DNA of 30,039 bases from Syntrophobacteraceae bacterium (lineage in GTDB: Bacteria; Desulfobacterota; Syntrophobacteria; Syntrophobacterales; Syntrophobacteraceae). This document shows, piece by piece, positions 1 to 8,186 of this stretch. The DNA is taken from NCBI GenBank assembly GCA_049509275.1, contig JBELAB010000001.1, positions 1 through 30,039 of the forward strand, in the 5' to 3' direction. Made by a program: the position numbers and the translations under genes. Under the pieces are notes generated by a model. The model was not told the origin of the DNA. It did no database searches and saw only the letters and a program-made list of their open reading frames with translations. How positions within the stretch are numbered: the first letter of the stretch is position 1; each line of letters opens with the position of its first letter.

Positions 1-109
1 CCGTAAAAGCCATTCCGTCCGCCTAAGGATTCGAATTATTTCCTGAAACTGTTTCTATAGCGGAAAAACGCCAGTTTGTAAACCTGCCATTCTCAAAAGC
101 CAACAACAC

Positions 110-136
110 CTGTCCTCCCTGTTCTGTCCTCCCTGT
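110..136. repeat. Two copies of the 13-nt unit CTGTCCTCCCTGT (period 14)
   Basis: Exact copies at 110-122 and 124-136, about 50 nt upstream of the RHH gene start. Confidence 0.7.
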
Positions 137-188
137 CCTTGTTTATGCGCATTTATTAGGAGACATTGCAGGAGAGGAGAGCGAACCA

Positions 189-419
189 ATGAGGATTACG
201 GTCAACATACCTGATGCCTTGAATGAGAACCTGAAGCGGGAGGCATCCAATCGCGGTGTCTCGGTCTCACGCCTGGCCAGTGAAGCTTTGAGCCACTACA
301 TTCTCGATTCGAGAAGAAAAGCCCTTGGGAGAAAAGTTCTAGAACTCGCCGGGAAGGCGGGCGTATCTGAGCAAGCGGATACCATCCTGCATGAAGGAAG
401 ACGCGATGATAGGGCTTGA
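189..419 (+). CDS. Ribbon-helix-helix (CopG/VapB-like) antitoxin
   Basis: 76 aa; N-terminal MRITVNIPDALNENLKREASNRGVSVSRLASEAL fits the RHH pattern; GGAG-rich SD upstream; overlaps the downstream PIN gene by 14 nt. Confidence 0.75.
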   Translation: MRITVNIPDALNENLKREASNRGVSVSRLASEALSHYILDSRRKALGRKVLELAGKAGVSEQADTILHEGRRDDRA

Positions 420-794
420 TACGGGTCTTTTCGTCGAACTTCTGCGCAGCGGCCCTCAAGCCGTAGCCCTATGGGAGCAACTAATAGAGGGCGAAAAGGA
501 GGCGCTCGTCTCCTGCCTCACACTTTTCGAGATCGAGCGGCTCGCCTTGAAGGGGGCAATATCAGAGGGGCCGAGGTCCTGCTCGAAGGCATCCAGGCAG
601 TCTGCCGGCTTCATTGGATACACACACCGGAGCTGGTTTCCCAGGCTGCTCGCATAAGCCCCGGGATCGGGATTTCCGCATTGGACTCGCTCATCCTTGC
701 AGCCTTTCTCGCCGAGAACGTCGCCACCGTGTACACTACCGATTCCCATCTTGAATTATACCGGAAAAAGGGGATTGAAATCGCCAGGCTCTAA
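406..794 (+). pseudogene. PIN-domain (VapC-like) toxin split by a 1-nt frameshift
   Basis: ATG 406 frame gives MIGLDTGLFVE...LFEIERLALKGAISEG; the next frame (ORF 471..794) continues AEVLLEGIQAVC...ALDSLILA...TTDSHL. The four PIN acidic residues are divided between the two frames. One extra G in the G4 run (567-570) or G5 run (552-556) restores a 129-aa ORF. Confidence 0.8.
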
Positions 795-824
795 GCGACA
801 GGCGCCGCGCTTTCTTCCGGCCAT

Positions 825-852
825 CCAATTGGCCATAGTGAGGCCCAATTGG
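825..852. promoter_or_regulatory. Two CCAATTGG palindromes 20 bp apart upstream of the macrodomain gene
   Basis: CCAATTGG at 825-832 and 845-852, just upstream of weak sigma70-like elements (TTGCTT 860-865 / TAAAGT 882-887). Function is inferred. Confidence 0.25.
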
Positions 853-976
853 CAAAAGTTTGCTTTGGCGGCGAGGAATTTTAAAGTAATATCAGGTTAA
901 AGAAAATCTAATCTGCACGGCGTCTTGCGCAGCCCTCTTTTTTTCTGCGGTCCACGTGAAATAGAGGAGGAGACAG

Positions 977-1513
977 ATGGAAAAAACAATCCGCAACAGT
1001 AAACTAACACTTGTCCAGGGCGATCTTACGGAACTGGCGGTAGATGCAATCGTCAATGCCGCCAACTCAGGGCTTCAGTTAGGGGGCGGCGTTGCCGGCG
1101 CCATCCGGACCAAAGGGGGCCCGAGCATTCAGGAGGAGTGCAACCGGATAGGCCCGATCCGGGTGGGCGAGGCCGTTGTTACCGGAGGCGGCAATCTTAA
1201 GGCCCCCTACGTAATTCATGCAGTCGGCCCGTCGTACGGCGAGGGCGACGAGGACGAAAAGCTGCGGAACGCAACCCTCAACAGTCTTAAGCGCGCAAGT
1301 GAAAGGGGAATGAAATCCATTGCATTTCCAGCCATCAGTACCGGTATTTTTGGCTTCCCCAAGGACAGGTGCGCCCACATCATGTTGAAAACCGTTTCTG
1401 AATTTCTGGAAAGCCAGGAAACGAATTTGGAAAGGGTAATCCTGTGTCTATGGTCCGGAGACGACCTCAAGTTGTTCGAGAAAACTCTAGGTGAAGTTAG
1501 AATTGGCGAGTGA
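977..1513 (+). CDS. Macrodomain protein (ADP-ribose-binding/hydrolase, YmdB/AF1521-like)
   Basis: GDLT..AVDAIVNAAN..GGGVAGAI, VIHAVGP and AISTGIFG motifs; SD GAGGAG; 178 aa. Confidence 0.9.
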   Translation: MEKTIRNSKLTLVQGDLTELAVDAIVNAANSGLQLGGGVAGAIRTKGGPSIQEECNRIGPIRVGEAVVTGGGNLKAPYVIHAVGPSYGEGDEDEKLRNATLNSLKRASERGMKSIAFPAISTGIFGFPKDRCAHIMLKTVSEFLESQETNLERVILCLWSGDDLKLFEKTLGEVRIGE

Positions 1514-1578
1514 GAGGTGAGGGGACGATGTCATCTCCGGCCAGCCTCCTTTCAGTGTTATATTCAGGAGAGGATATT

Positions 1579-2214
1579 TCACGGGATCTTGAACAATACC
1601 GGGAGTATGCGGGCTTCATGCAGCTTTTGTATCAGTTGCACTGCTCCATAAATCCAGATGAAATAACTGGCGTCCAGGAGAGCTTTTCTTAGTTGCTTCG
1701 TTTTGATCGTGCAAGTGTCGGGTTCCGAGTAGAGGGACATATTCGGGAAAAATCTGGGCACCCGTTCCATGTACGATTGAAATTGCGGGCCGTGCACCGC
1801 CTTCATACCCGCTTCCTCCGAGCGGATTATGAAAGGGTAATAAAGCCCGAATGAGAGCGTGAACAAAGCGATAATCAGAAGGCTTCCGGAAGCGAGCCCG
1901 ATTCCGGCGACGCCGATCAGGCTGAACAGGTAGAGCGGATTTCGCGTTACCGAGTAAGGTCCAAATTCCACCAGGGTGCTTGTCTTATGGCCGGAAATGA
2001 AGATAGAGCTCCAGACCCTGCCAAAAGCGCAGACTATGACGCAGGCAAGGCCTGCGAAATCAATGAGGATCTGCCGAAGACCGTTCTCAATCCTGTTGCC
2101 GCTTGCCATCAGCAGCAAAAAGACTAACAGGGCGAACAGCCTCGTGTGGATGATTCGCACTTTCGAATTTGATCCGGCGCCAAAAAAGGTCATTTCTGCA
2201 ATTCCATCAAGCAA
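1579..2214 (-). CDS. Isoprenylcysteine carboxyl methyltransferase (ICMT/PEMT)-family membrane protein
   Basis: Several hydrophobic helices; GPYSVTRNPLY, EEAGM..HG..F..Y...VPRFFP motifs. Start uncertain (2214 or a nearby downstream ATG). Confidence 0.8.
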   Translation of the reverse strand: MLDGIAEMTFFGAGSNSKVRIIHTRLFALLVFLLLMASGNRIENGLRQILIDFAGLACVIVCAFGRVWSSIFISGHKTSTLVEFGPYSVTRNPLYLFSLIGVAGIGLASGSLLIIALFTLSFGLYYPFIIRSEEAGMKAVHGPQFQSYMERVPRFFPNMSLYSEPDTCTIKTKQLRKALLDASYFIWIYGAVQLIQKLHEARILPVLFKIP

Positions 2215-2375
2215 GGCCTTAGGCCGTTTTTTTCCAAAGTCCGCCGAAACTTATGACAGGATGACTGCATATAGAAAAGAGGAGAGGAAAACAAGTGAAT
2301 TTCGTCGAATCTTGATTTTGTGAACCCATCTTTGAGGTGGTGTCGAATTCGGCGTCCCATGCCGGAGGAAAATGG

Positions 2376-2405
2376 TTGACATTTTATTGCAATCCATATT
2401 ATTAA
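2376..2405 (+). promoter_or_regulatory. Candidate sigma70 promoter for the acs cluster
   Basis: Perfect TTGACA at 2376-2381, followed by TATTAT (2397, spacer 15) or TATTAA (2400, spacer 18); neither spacing is ideal. Confidence 0.35.
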
Positions 2406-2447
2406 GTATTGGTTCCATCGCCCAAGAAGGGAATGAAGGACGTTGCT

Positions 2448-2502
2448 CGCTCTTATTTGCGCTCATTTTCACGCTCTTATTTGCACTCATTTTCACGCTC
2501 TT
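2448..2502. repeat. 24-nt tandem repeat (about 2.3 copies) with 12-nt sub-period
   Basis: CGCTCTTATTTGCGCTCATTTTCA (2448-2471), CGCTCTTATTTGCACTCATTTTCA (2472-2495), CGCTCTT (2496-2502). Confidence 0.9.
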
Positions 2503-2700
2503 TATAGGGATCAAGGCGTCCGGTTCCATTCGTTTGGGCATTTCCTCGTGTTGAATGCGTCGGATGCATCCTCGTGGAACCGGGCATTAACCATGAGAGC
2601 TTTTCAGGCGCCCCCGAAGGAAAGCACTTTCGGTCTGGCAGGAAAGAATCGCAAGGTTTTGGCTCAAAACATCTGATGTGCGTTTTCGGATATGTGTTCC

Positions 2701-2741
2701 GCTGATTCGGGTTAGGGAAGCGCTAAGGCGCCTTAATCAGC
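2701..2741 (+). other. Predicted stem-loop just upstream of the acsD RBS
   Basis: GCTGATT (2701-2707) pairs with AATCAGC (2735-2741), enclosing an inner AAGCGC-TAAG-GCGCCTT hairpin. Confidence 0.4.
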
Positions 2742-2784
2742 TCGCGGATTAATGTTAAATAGACTCTTAAGAAGGAGGCTGAAC

Positions 2785-3729
2785 TTGACATTTCAACCAT
2801 CAAAGCAGGTTTATTCGGGAAAGATCACGGAGGTAACCCTGGGAAGTGGAGACAAGGCGGTCACGGTTGGCGGGAAAGGGGTTTATTCCTTCCATTCATT
2901 CGAGGGATCCATCCCGAATGCTCCCAGGATTGCAATGGAGGTCTGGGACAAAGATCCGAGCGAGGACTGGTCCGAGGCGGCCAAGGCCCCTTTCATCGGC
3001 GTGCTTGGAGATCCGGCGGCCTGGGCGCGCAAGTGCGTACAGGACTACGGGGCCGAGATAATTGTGGTCCAGACGAAAAGCGCCGATCCGAACGGTGACA
3101 ACCGGTCGGCCGGCGATGTAGCCGCAACGGTTAAAAAGGTGGTGGACGCCGTTGATGTGCCCGTAATCGTCTGGGGTGTTGCCAATCACGACAAGGACGT
3201 CGAGGTTATGAGGCAAGTTGCGGAAAGTTGCTCGGGCCGCAGAGTTGCATTATGTCCGGTCGAAGAAGGTGACTACAAGCAGATCGGGGCTGCATGTCTG
3301 GGCTACAAACAGGTGACTGTCGCTTCTACCCCCATTGACGTAAACCTGGCCAAGCAGCTCAACATTCTGCTCGGAAACCTCGGGGTAAGTTCGGACGACC
3401 TGTTAATCGACCCGACTACGGGCGGGATCGGATATGGGCTCGAATACACCCATTCGGTCATAGAGCGCATCGAACAGGCTGCACTCACCCAGGAAGACGA
3501 AAAACTCCAGCAGCCAATTATCGTCAATGTGGCGAACGAGACGTGGAAGTGCAAGGAGTCGAACCTGAGCGCCCAAGACGCTCCGGAGCTCGGAGATCCT
3601 GCCAAACGCGGTGTTTTGATGGAAGCGGTCACAGCCGTTGACTTTTTGATCGCCGGGGCTGACGTGGTGGTTATGCGCCACCCTGAGGCGGTAAAGCTGG
3701 TGAGAAACTATATAGCCAAAATGATGTAA
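2785..3729 (+). CDS. acsD: Corrinoid iron-sulfur protein small subunit (CdhD/AcsD)
   Basis: YSGKITEVTLG..VTVGG, PRIAMEVWD, DPAAWARKCV, TPIDVNLAKQLN, GYGLEY motifs. TTG start at 2785 chosen for its AAGGAGG SD (2772-2778); the ORF track starts at 2752. Confidence 0.92.
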   Translation: MTFQPSKQVYSGKITEVTLGSGDKAVTVGGKGVYSFHSFEGSIPNAPRIAMEVWDKDPSEDWSEAAKAPFIGVLGDPAAWARKCVQDYGAEIIVVQTKSADPNGDNRSAGDVAATVKKVVDAVDVPVIVWGVANHDKDVEVMRQVAESCSGRRVALCPVEEGDYKQIGAACLGYKQVTVASTPIDVNLAKQLNILLGNLGVSSDDLLIDPTTGGIGYGLEYTHSVIERIEQAALTQEDEKLQQPIIVNVANETWKCKESNLSAQDAPELGDPAKRGVLMEAVTAVDFLIAGADVVVMRHPEAVKLVRNYIAKMM

Positions 3730-3804
3730 TCTTGCGGAAAATCGGCTGCGCAAGTGATTTATTGGTAAAATGAACCTCCCCAGGAAGGGGAAAAGAGGTG
3801 CTAC

Positions 3805-5793
3805 ATGTCTGATGAGAAGAAACCAGTTTCAATTGTAGAAGAAAAGAAGGCGAAAAAGATAGACTTTCGAGAGATGACCAGTTGCCCGACCACTCTCCAG
3901 ATGCTCAAAAAGATGGAGGCGGACGGGAATGAATCCATGTTTAACCGCGCGGCCGAAATGAAGCCCTGTCCCATCGGCGCCGAGGCGGCCTGCTGCAAGC
4001 ACTGCTTCATGGGGCCCTGCCGCCTTAACTCCAGGGATCCTTATGCCAGGGTCGGAGTCTGCGGGGCGACCATCGACACAATCGCCGCCCGGAACTTCGC
4101 GCGCAATGTGGCCGCTGGCGGGGCCGCTCATACAGACCACGGCATGGCTATGCTGGATATTTTCCGCGAAGTGGTGAACGGGAGAATTTCTCATTTCAAG
4201 ATTCAGGACGAAAAGAAACTCAAAAATGTCGCAGGGAGCATCGGGATCGCGACCGAGGGCAGGTCGGTCAAAGACATAGCCAACGACCTCTACGCGGAAC
4301 TGGAACGTACATACACGCAGGTCGAAGGGGAAATTCCTTTCGCCAAGCGCGTTCCCCCGAAGACCCTGGAGGTGTGGCGCAAAGCCGGGATCGTTCCGCG
4401 AGGCGCGATGCGCGAGATCATGGAGTTGATGCACCGTTCTCATATGGGCGTGGATCAGGACTTTAACAATATCGTCAAGCAGTGCTCCCGCACGGCCCTC
4501 GCCGATGGATGGGGCGGGTCGATGGTTGCAACGGAGATCTCGGATATCCTGTTCGGCACGCCCTCACCCAAGGTGGCCGGCGTAAATATGGGGTTTCTGA
4601 AAGAAGACCAGGTAAACATTATGATTCACGGCCATGAGCCGCTTCTTTTCGAAGGCATGATCGCCGCTGCGAACGATCCCGCCAATCTGGAGAAGGCCAA
4701 AGCCGCCGGAGCAAAAGGACTCAACCTGCTCGGCATGTGCTGTTCGGGGGCGGAAGTGCTTGGACGCCACGGTATTCCCCATGCTGGAAATTTCGTTTCA
4801 GCCGAGCCGATTATCGCGACAGGCGCAGTCGACGCAATGGGTGTGGACGTCCAGTGCATCATGCAAGCCCTGCCGAAGATCGCTGAATGTTACGGGACAA
4901 AGTTTTTTACGACCAACCCGAGGGCCAAAATCGAAGGCGCCACCCACATCGAATTCCATGAAAACGATCCATTGGGCGCACCGAACCAGATTATCGACCT
5001 GGCTATCGAGCGTTTCGCCAACCGGACTGCGAGGATCGTCATTCCGCAGCGGCAGGACTGGGGCGTACACGGCTTCTCGAGTGAATATATTACCTACATG
5101 CTCGGAGGAGAGTTCCGCGGCTCCTATGTGCCTTTGAACGATAACATCATCAACGGCCGGATCCGGGGCGTAGCCGGTGTTGTCGGCTGCACCAATCCGC
5201 GCGTCAAGCAGGACTACCTGCATGTAGAACTGGTTAAGGAACTTATCAAGAACAACGTTCTGGTGGTTCAGACCGGATGCTCGCAGATCGCGCTCGCCAA
5301 GGCCGGCCTCATGAAACCGGATGCGGCGGTGCTTGCCGGCGAAGGTCTCCAGGAAGTATGCGAGACCGTCGGAATTCCGCCTGTCTTGAGCCTGGGGTCC
5401 TGCGTAGACAACAGCCGCATACTTATTGCATGCTGCGAGATGGTTCGGGCCGGCGGACTCGGAGACAAGTTGTCCGACCTGCCGGTTGCGGGCTGCGCCC
5501 CAGAGTACATGAGTGAAAAAGCGATCTGCATCGGGCAGTATTTCGTGGCTTCGGGCGTTTATACCATTTTCGGAGTGACCTTTCCGACCGTGGAGGGCAC
5601 AAAGTTCCACGATCTGCTCTTCAGTGGCCTCGAGGAACAGGGCTTCGGAAAATGGGGCTTCTCGAACGATCCCATCGAAATGGCGCATTTGATGATTGAT
5701 CATATCGACAAGAAGAGGGCCGCGCTCGGCCTTTCCGAACAACGCGAACGGAAACTTTTCAGCATGGAAGACCGCAGAGCGGCTGAAGGTTAA
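3805..5793 (+). CDS. cooS: Anaerobic Ni-Fe carbon monoxide dehydrogenase catalytic subunit (CooS/AcsA)
   Basis: CPIG..AACCKHCFMGPC (D/B clusters), CGATIDTIAARN, HGHEP, MCCSG, DVQCIM, GCTNP, TGCS, GSCVDNSR (C-cluster ligands); 662 aa. Confidence 0.95.
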   Translation: MSDEKKPVSIVEEKKAKKIDFREMTSCPTTLQMLKKMEADGNESMFNRAAEMKPCPIGAEAACCKHCFMGPCRLNSRDPYARVGVCGATIDTIAARNFARNVAAGGAAHTDHGMAMLDIFREVVNGRISHFKIQDEKKLKNVAGSIGIATEGRSVKDIANDLYAELERTYTQVEGEIPFAKRVPPKTLEVWRKAGIVPRGAMREIMELMHRSHMGVDQDFNNIVKQCSRTALADGWGGSMVATEISDILFGTPSPKVAGVNMGFLKEDQVNIMIHGHEPLLFEGMIAAANDPANLEKAKAAGAKGLNLLGMCCSGAEVLGRHGIPHAGNFVSAEPIIATGAVDAMGVDVQCIMQALPKIAECYGTKFFTTNPRAKIEGATHIEFHENDPLGAPNQIIDLAIERFANRTARIVIPQRQDWGVHGFSSEYITYMLGGEFRGSYVPLNDNIINGRIRGVAGVVGCTNPRVKQDYLHVELVKELIKNNVLVVQTGCSQIALAKAGLMKPDAAVLAGEGLQEVCETVGIPPVLSLGSCVDNSRILIACCEMVRAGGLGDKLSDLPVAGCAPEYMSEKAICIGQYFVASGVYTIFGVTFPTVEGTKFHDLLFSGLEEQGFGKWGFSNDPIEMAHLMIDHIDKKRAALGLSEQRERKLFSMEDRRAAEG

Positions 5794-5885
5794 GCCGGAC
5801 CGGTCCTGTGAAGTCAGTCCGTATCTTAATTCCGGCTTGAAGCCGGCAGCGTTGCGAGGAAAAACAGAAATTAAGGAGTTTAGTT

Positions 5886-8105
5886 ATGTCCAGGTTAGTC
5901 TCTTTTGCAGCGATCCAGGGGGCCTACAATATAGTTTCCAAGGCTGAAGGCAAATTCAAGCAAGCCATGGATAAGTTTGGGCCGAACCAGCCGATAGGGT
6001 TTCCCAATACGGCCTATTATCTTCCCATCATTTACTCGATTCTCGGCATCAAAATTGAAAAACTGGCCGACGCCGAGCCTGTAATAACAAAATGCCGAGA
6101 GCTTCTGCCTCCGCACATCAAAGCCCAGCACAACATTCACCTTCCTTACCTGGGAGGAACGCTGGATGCCGGAATGGCAGCCATTCTGGCTGAAGAAGTG
6201 GTTGAAGCGATCCGGTATGTAGAAGACCCAGATTTTTATCATCTGGGTGAAGAATGCGATCCGGAAAACGGAAAAATCTGGCTTGGCGCCGCCGACGATA
6301 CCATTATGAGAAAGAGGGGTATCGAATTCGTTGACGGCAGCGCTCCCGGTTTTGCCGCAATCGTCGGCGCGGCCCCCAACCCGGAAATCGCGAAAATGAT
6401 CGCGGAAGACTATCAGAAGAAAAATCTCTATATTTTCATGTGCGCGAATCAGACGGGCACCACGTTTTCCGAACAGCTCGTCGAGGCAGGCGTGGAAATC
6501 GGGTGGAACACGCGGCTCGTGCCGTTCAGTCCCGATATTTCCGGAGCAGTGTTTGCGCTCGGTTTTGCAAACCGGGCCGCCATGGCCTTTGGCGGGGTTA
6601 AGCCCGGAGATTTCAAAACCGTTCTGAAATACAACAAAGACCGTATCTTCGCCTTTGTGAACGCTTTAGGCGATGTGAACGCCGAGTGGGCCGCCAACGC
6701 AGCCGGGGCGATCAACTGGGGCTTCCCGACAATCGCAGACACCGACATTCCCGAGATCCTGCCAACCGGTGTATGCACGTACGAACATGTTGTCTCCAGC
6801 GTCCCCTACGACCAGATGACGGCAAAGTCGATCGAAGTCCGCGGACTCAAGGTGACCATTACCGAAATACCGATCCCTGTTGCATACGGTCCGGCTTTCG
6901 AGGGCGAGCGCGTGCGCAAGGACGACGTCTACCTCGAATGCGGCGGCGGAAAGACAGCCTGCTGCGAACTGGTCCGAATTGCCGATATGGATGCGGTTGA
7001 AGACGGCAGGGTGGATGTTATCGGCCCGGATATCAAGGACGTGTCCGCAGGTACGCATTTGCCGATGGCGGTAGTGGTCGAGGTTGCCGGCCGCAAGATG
7101 CAGGCAGACTATGAGCCGATCCTCGAACGCCAATGTCACCACCTGATAAACTACGCCCAGGGCATTATGCATATCGGCCAGCGTGATATAGCCTGGTACA
7201 GAATTTCAAAGCAGGCGGTCGATAAAGGATTTACCCTCGAACACATAGGAAAAATCCTGCACGCTAAATATCATCAGGATTTCGGCGCTATTTTTGACAA
7301 ATGCCAGGTCAAAATCTATACAGACGATGCCAAGGTCAAAGAAATCCTGCCTGTTGCGCAGAGTGCATACAGAACACGCGATGAGCGCATCGAGGGCATG
7401 ACGGACGAAGGTACTGAAACATACTACTCCTGCACGCTCTGTCAGTCTTTTGCCCCGACGCACGTCTGCGTGATAAGCCCCGAACGCACGGGCCTTTGCG
7501 GCGCCTATAACTGGCTCGACTGCAAGGCCTCTTTTGAAATCAATCCTACGGGACCCAACCAGCCCGTTCAGAAAGGTGAAACCCTGGATCCAAAGCTGGG
7601 CAACTGGAAGGGCGTAAACGACTTCGTCTTTAAGGCATCCAGGCAGTCGATTTCGAGCTACAATTTCTACAGCCTGGTTTACGACCCGATGACCACCTGC
7701 GGGTGTTGCGAGTGCATCGCAGCGATCCTGCCGATGTGCAACGGAATCATGACCGTAAACCGTGACTATGCAGGCATGACCCCCAGCGGCATGAAATTTA
7801 CCACGCTTGCCGGTACGATCGGCGGCGGAAACGTTACGCCGGGTTTTGTGGGTCACAGCAAGTATAATGTAACTCAGCGCAAGTTTATCTCAGGGGACGG
7901 CGGTCTCCATCGGCTTGTATGGATGCCCAAGATGTTTAAAGAAGAACTTCGAAGCAGAATTGTCAAGCGCGGCGAGGAAATGGGCATTCCGAATTTCGTC
8001 GATATGATCGCAACCGAAGAAGACGGCACTACCGAAGACGAGGTTTATGCATTCCTGGAAAAGTCGGGGCATCCCGCTTTGACAATGGAAAGCATTCTCG
8101 GCTGA
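5886..8105 (+). CDS. acsB: Acetyl-CoA synthase subunit
   Basis: FPNTAYYLP, AFEGERVRK, CTLCQSFAP, CGAYNWLD, PMTTCGCCEC (A-cluster ligands); 739 aa; SD AAGGAG. Confidence 0.95.
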   Translation: MSRLVSFAAIQGAYNIVSKAEGKFKQAMDKFGPNQPIGFPNTAYYLPIIYSILGIKIEKLADAEPVITKCRELLPPHIKAQHNIHLPYLGGTLDAGMAAILAEEVVEAIRYVEDPDFYHLGEECDPENGKIWLGAADDTIMRKRGIEFVDGSAPGFAAIVGAAPNPEIAKMIAEDYQKKNLYIFMCANQTGTTFSEQLVEAGVEIGWNTRLVPFSPDISGAVFALGFANRAAMAFGGVKPGDFKTVLKYNKDRIFAFVNALGDVNAEWAANAAGAINWGFPTIADTDIPEILPTGVCTYEHVVSSVPYDQMTAKSIEVRGLKVTITEIPIPVAYGPAFEGERVRKDDVYLECGGGKTACCELVRIADMDAVEDGRVDVIGPDIKDVSAGTHLPMAVVVEVAGRKMQADYEPILERQCHHLINYAQGIMHIGQRDIAWYRISKQAVDKGFTLEHIGKILHAKYHQDFGAIFDKCQVKIYTDDAKVKEILPVAQSAYRTRDERIEGMTDEGTETYYSCTLCQSFAPTHVCVISPERTGLCGAYNWLDCKASFEINPTGPNQPVQKGETLDPKLGNWKGVNDFVFKASRQSISSYNFYSLVYDPMTTCGCCECIAAILPMCNGIMTVNRDYAGMTPSGMKFTTLAGTIGGGNVTPGFVGHSKYNVTQRKFISGDGGLHRLVWMPKMFKEELRSRIVKRGEEMGIPNFVDMIATEEDGTTEDEVYAFLEKSGHPALTMESILG

Positions 8106-8113
8106 TAGAGGAC

Positions 8114-8144
8114 CCGGGCGCAGATATTACGGGTCTGCGCCCGG
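8114..8144 (+). other. Intercistronic 11-bp perfect hairpin between acsB and acsC
   Basis: CCGGGCGCAGA (8114-8124), 9-nt loop, TCTGCGCCCGG (8134-8144), followed only by TTTC. Confidence 0.7.
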
Positions 8145-8186
8145 TTTCATATGAGCAATTAGATTCTTACCAGGAGAGAAAACAAC

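Noticed and set aside
849-864. Possible sigma54 promoter TTGGCAAAAGTTTGC
   Set aside because: Only 9 nt between GG and GC; sigma54 needs 10.
1510-1692. 60-aa plus-strand ORF after the macrodomain gene
   Set aside because: Mostly antisense to the ICMT gene; no recognisable motif.
2634-2656. Possible sigma54 promoter TGGCAGGAAAGAATCGCA
   Set aside because: GG-to-GC spacing is 12 nt, not 10.
2690-2760. Cobalamin riboswitch suggested by TAGGGAA upstream of a corrinoid-protein gene
   Set aside because: No CGGTG/TCCG hairpin, GCCCCCGC/GCCACTG or B12-box elements seen; kept only as a generic hairpin.
2752-2784. ORF-track N-terminal extension of acsD (MLNRLLRRRLN)
   Set aside because: The strong SD lies inside it; TTG 2785 is the better start.
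4798-5742. 314-aa minus-strand ORF
   Set aside because: Antisense shadow of cooS; no motifs.
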